Shown in pieces: positions 59,188 through 64,000 of a DNA stretch of 64,000 nucleotides. The stretch spans positions 20,068,814 to 20,132,813 of the forward strand of contig CM119269.1 of NCBI GenBank assembly GCA_051294375.1. Reading direction: 5' to 3'. The notes beneath the pieces are model-generated. The model made no database searches. It saw only the letters and a list, made by a program, of their open reading frames with translations, and was not told the DNA's origin. The position numbers and the translations under genes were made by a program. This DNA comes from Paraspadella gotoi (lineage: Eukaryota > Animalia > Chaetognatha). Each line of letters begins with the position of its first letter. Positions within the stretch are counted from its first letter, which is position 1.

Positions 59188-59223
<36 letters not shown>

Positions 59224-60358
59224 AGAGAGAGAAGAGAGAGAAGAGAGAGAGAGAGAGAGAGGATGCGTTTAATAAGCCGTAATTGAAAGTGATGATGCTG
59301 TGCGTGAATGCCGTGAAAACAAAGAAGGCTTCTCTCTCCTCGATATCGACAGTCACAATGGGTTCTGCTGTCGGTGGAGGACCAGCTGTTTTCCTGGACG
59401 CTGGGTTCGAGTTACGGTCGAGTTGCGTGACGGAATGACGTGGGAAGTGGACGGAGTGACGGAAGTGACGGAGACGCAAAAAGGAGTTTCGAGGGTTTTG
59501 GACCTGACGGGGCGGGGGAAAACCTTTGGCTCGAGGAGAAACGCACGTTTGAAGGATTTGGGTTTACCATTTAACGGGATTATACAATTGAATTGTGGGA
59601 CCCATATCGATCAACGAAATGTCTTTTGTAAATGTTTTATAATAAACATATAAACGCGATCTAATCAACAAAAATTAAGCTTTAAAAGTTAGTCAAAGAG
59701 ATATTAAATAAATGAAAAATTCTGTTGACTGAGAATTAGAGGTTTAGATACGTAAGTAGAGCATGAAATTGAAATTGATCGACCAGTTAATCGACTTTTA
59801 ACTAAAAAACAATAGTGATTTTAGAGCAAATCTTGAGAATTTTATAGCATACAACTAACTTTTATTTAATAGCTGATTTCACAACTTTGTCTCCTTAAAA
59901 TGACACTTATTTTTCCTCTACTTAGATAGTACTGTACATAGATTAATCAGGAATTTAAAGTGTGTGTTCAAATAACTGACATTTAATCTTTCTCAAATAC
60001 TTAAAAAAAGCGTTTGTACCCAATATTTTTATAAAATTATAATATATTTAATTATAAAATTTCTTCATTAATATTATTTATCACGATTTCGCTAAGCCTT
60101 CCTTTCTGCTTGCAATTCTTTCCCGAATTTCCTTCGCTTTTCGTCATGACGTTTGTCCGTCCAAATTCACTATTGTCCGTCTCCCCGCAGTATAATCTCA
60201 GTTCGCTGCCCTCTCGATGACTTCGGTTCTCTCGTGATAACGTCTGTCTCACCCGCGATAACATTCACTCGTCCGCACCTCAACCGACTTTCTCCGCTCC
60301 AAAACTTATCTCCCCTCATCCTTTCCCGGTCGATTCTCCTTTCGGGAAGCGAAGCGGA

Positions 60359-60400
<42 letters not shown>

Positions 60401-61278
60401 TCGTTTGTCGTTTTCAAATCTTTTCCTAAACGAACGTTTGTATCGTTCATCGAAATTACTATGATTATTACTATTAATCTTACTATTATGGTGAGCATTT
60501 TAGAAATGATCCTTCAGATTTATCAAAATCAAGATCATCATGATCAATTAATCATGATCATCATAAAAATTCATAATACAAATTATATGTTTTATTTCTT
60601 CATAATCTCATCATTCTCTACCAAAAAAAAAAAAAAAAAACATTAACAACAACAACAAGAACAATTTCCTTTAAAAAAAAATTGTTGTTGGTTTCGGACT
60701 TTCGACGAAAGAAATCGAATCTTCATCCGAAACCAGAAAAAGAAAAAATCGGTAGGTCCAATCTTTGGAGCGATTGAAGTTTTCGATGTAGAGATCAAGG
60801 GATCGAGCCCCTGTCCTTGATCTCTGGTTTCTAAAGGGAATCACCACTCGGGTCAAAACGTTGGTCAATCGTCTTTGAACTCAAATATAAATGCGAATAA
60901 AGGAGGAGGACGACAACAACTACAACAACAACAACGATCCGCGATCGAACCTCAAACATGCGTAACTGATTCGAACCCAAACAGTTTATTCCGTCGAAGG
61001 CATAAATCTCTTTCTTTTTTTTTCCCCTTTTTTTTTTGAAATTTAGAATTTTTCCTTTTGGCTCCTGTTGTTGTGTTGTTGTTGTCGTTGTTGTTATATT
61101 GTGGGGGTCGGAGGGGAAGGAAGGGTAGAGGTATCGGGATCGCGATGAGTGAATAAGGGGCGAGTGGGGGAGGAAGGGAAGATGAGTGGAAAGGGGATAG
61201 TGGCGAAATGTGGGAAGAGGGAGAAAAGAGGGAAAGAATCTCCTCGGTTTTGCATCACTTATATCAACAGCAGGAACA

Positions 61279-61360
<82 letters not shown>

Positions 61361-62920
61361 TTTCTATTTTCGTCTTATTTAATAGATTTAGGAGTTTATT
61401 TATCGAATTTATTTAAATATTAATTGTTTTTTTTTTTAAATTATGTCATAATTTTTTTTCAAATTTTTACAATTTTCCAAATCAACCACAATTAATCAAA
61501 CAGTTAATCAGACTTATTTTTATTGCAAATCAGAGGGAATACTGATAGGTCAGTAATTTAGTATTAATGTTAACTCAGTCAATTGTAGATACTACGATAT
61601 TGACATAACCCGAAATATTAAAATCGTCTGCTCGACCAACATTCTGTTAATGACGATTTCTCGAGACAGTATGAGCGTCGGAATTCGACCTTCGAACGGA
61701 CGACTCGCGATCGAGGGAGGCCTCGTGGACGAGCACTGCGCGACCGAGGGAGGGCTCCGAGAACTCGATCGCTCGATTCGCCTCGAGCTCAAAAACCCTT
61801 TTTACTCATGTTAAATTTCTGAAAGGTGGGGACCGAATGGGAAATTGGAAAAGATTAAAAAATTCGTAACTATCCATACGTAGCTACGTGCAATTACGTA
61901 GGTATAGGACCTATCGGTATATATATGGAAAAGTTTAACTAGCGAACTATGTATACATGTTAGGGTATGGTTAGAATATTTTAATTAGAGTCTGGTGAAA
62001 CTCGTTTTATGGCGCCGAATGAGATTTTCGTTCAAGGAAGGTGGAGAGCCATTGCATTTGATCGAGCTCGCTCGGTCGTCCTCTATAAACCGGTAATACT
62101 TTCAATCTCAGGTCGATCGAAAAAAACAGTAACTTCAGCATCGAACCCAGACGACAGAACCAGTATGTAGTGTCGGAGCAACGCGGACCGGGTCGTGACT
62201 CGTTCGTGATCATGCCACGAGAGGAAGACTGGCGTTTTATAAAATTTTATTAGTTGTTCCAATTTCATTAGTTAGGGTAAATAAGCTTTTTTTCTGCGAG
62301 AGATACTTTGTGGCTTCTTCCTGTCTTTTACTTTAATCAATTAAAAAATCCTTTTTCGAGGTAAGAGCATGAATTCTGAGAAACTGAAAACATGCGACTT
62401 AATTTGACATAGAATACTGAAGCCTAAGCATGCACCTTCATTCCAAAACGGAATTTTATTTTTGAATTAATTGAGAGAAAAACTTCTACTTTTTTCCGGC
62501 GACAATTTTACCTTAAAACAGTTTTTTGGTCGAATTACGAAACATGAAATGCCAATTGTATTTTTTTTTACGGATGATATTTTTCTTATATCTTTTTTTT
62601 TTTTTAATTTATTGTGTTCTCCTTTGAGAAATTTAACCCCAAGCCTAATTGTTTCCATTTTCTTTTAAAAAAAGGTTACTCGTCATTTTAATCGACAATT
62701 TAAATTAGAATTAAGAAACCTTCTTCAATTGTCCTCTCGCTTTCTCTCTTTCTCTCTCTTTCTCTCCTGTTCCGTTTACCTAACTCTCTCTCGGAATTTT
62801 TAAATCTAACGATGACACGAAACTGTTATTTTTTCTTAGTGTCCACATTTGTACAAAGATATAAGCAGAACAGTTCTTAATTTAAACGTTGAATCGACGA
62901 AGCAAGTATTCAATTTCTAC

Positions 62921-63232
62921 TGTGAAGTTTCTTTTATCTTTTACGCCCGTAAATTATAACGTTGAAGCGTCGCCGTTCAAATATCTCTAGTGAGATTAAC
63001 GAAGTAAAACGAATAATCCAGAGTTTTAAGAAGTAATTTTTGTCGAGTTTAATAATGTACAAATAAAACTATAAACTCATAATTATTCGTTTTGAGAAGT
63101 ATTTTACGTTGTTTAATAATGTACAAATAAAACTATAAACTCATAATCGTTTCGTTACTTCTTCACGTTGAAATATTTGAACGGGCGACCGCTTCAACGT
63201 TAGAATTAGGGCGTGAAGAAAGAAACTTCACA
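62921..63232. mobile_element. MITE-like element with ~60-bp imperfect terminal inverted repeats
   Basis: Left arm tgtgaagtttcttt...aacgttgaagcgtcgccgttcaaatat pairs with right arm atatttgaacgggcgaccgcttcaacgtt...aaagaaacttcaca. An internal 37-bp direct repeat lies at 63047 and 63111. Confidence 0.7.
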
Positions 63233-63414
63233 AAACTCGTTTTTCAGGTTTTCGTTTTAGAAAAGTCATTTGAACTTGATAATATTAAAAAAGAATAAAG
63301 AGAAAGAGAAAATGACTTAACAAAAGATCACTCTTTTTTAAATTGGGAGGAATATTTAATAAGTAGACAATGAAACGAAAAACAATTTTTTACAGACGCA
63401 AATTTAAAAAAAAA

Positions 63415-63730
63415 AAACAAAAAACGGTAATTCCAAATGTGGTTTTGCGCCGCAGCCTTCTCACGATATATTTATCGTGATATGACATGACGGAATGACT
63501 ACAATAACTTTTTAGCCTTGTGTATTATTTTAGGATTTTCTGTAGGCGATGCAAGCAGTCACTTAGATTTGAGGTTTTTTTCCTGAACTTAAAAACAAAT
63601 GAACATCCAACTCGAGGCAAATTATAAGCGTTTTTCACATAAGTGGAATAGACCGAAGGACAGACGTACCGACGGACGGAGCGACAGACCGAAAACTGAC
63701 TTATAGAGTTTGCTCCGCGAGTACTCGAAT
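63415..63730 (+). mobile_element. Dispersed non-autonomous repeat (DINE-1/Helitron-like); related copies at ~3080-3370, ~10000-10330 and a 5' fragment at ~22905-22940
   Basis: Shared blocks gacatgac...acaataacttt..tagcct, taggattt and gcagtcacttagatttg. These are followed by a GACA/GACG microsatellite and, in the 3.3 kb copy, a short hairpin (accttagtaaggt, ~3347). Confidence 0.55.
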
Positions 63731-64000
63731 GGATTCGACCTTGGGCAAACCAAAGTTCCCGGACGCAATGAAATCAATTTAATTTATTTGTAATTAGGTA
63801 AGAAACCTGTCTTTCTTTTCCAAATGGCGATCCGGGAATAACTCGTTTGTCAGGTTTACCTATATGACTTTAATCATTTGTGCTTTCCTTTTTTTTAAAT
63901 CTTAATTTCTTAATTGTAATAATACGATTATTTTACCCGTTTTTTGTCGTTTTCTTCTTGGAGGAAGGTAGGAGCCAAATTTCACGTTTTTTTTTTTCCA

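Overview
Invertebrate animal genomic scaffold from a draft assembly, with many N gaps, (AG)n microsatellites and indel-rich gap-filled segments. Three spliced genes were reconstructed exon by exon. (1) A defective proventriculus/DVE-1 (Compass/SATB-family) transcription factor with a CMP domain and two homeodomains (+, ~17.2-26.6 kb); its 3' half is repeated at 34.4-39.4 kb. (2) Mitochondrial ATP synthase F1 beta (-, 39.5-44.1 kb, 13 exons). (3) An RBM24/RBM38/SUP-12 RRM splicing factor (-, 47.7-56.2 kb). A frameshifted CsRn1-like Ty3/gypsy retrotransposon (-, 28.3-33.9 kb) lies between the two dve 3' copies. The first ~6.8 kb is also tandemly duplicated, probably as a long-read gap-fill artefact. 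Leads worth checking: an AGGTCA nuclear-receptor half-site array in a dve intron, a candidate stop-containing exon and GUGUG sites in the RBM24 gene, the dve/ATP synthase beta tail-to-tail linkage, a DINE/Helitron-like dispersed repeat and a MITE. I could not support a wholly new biological system from this sequence.
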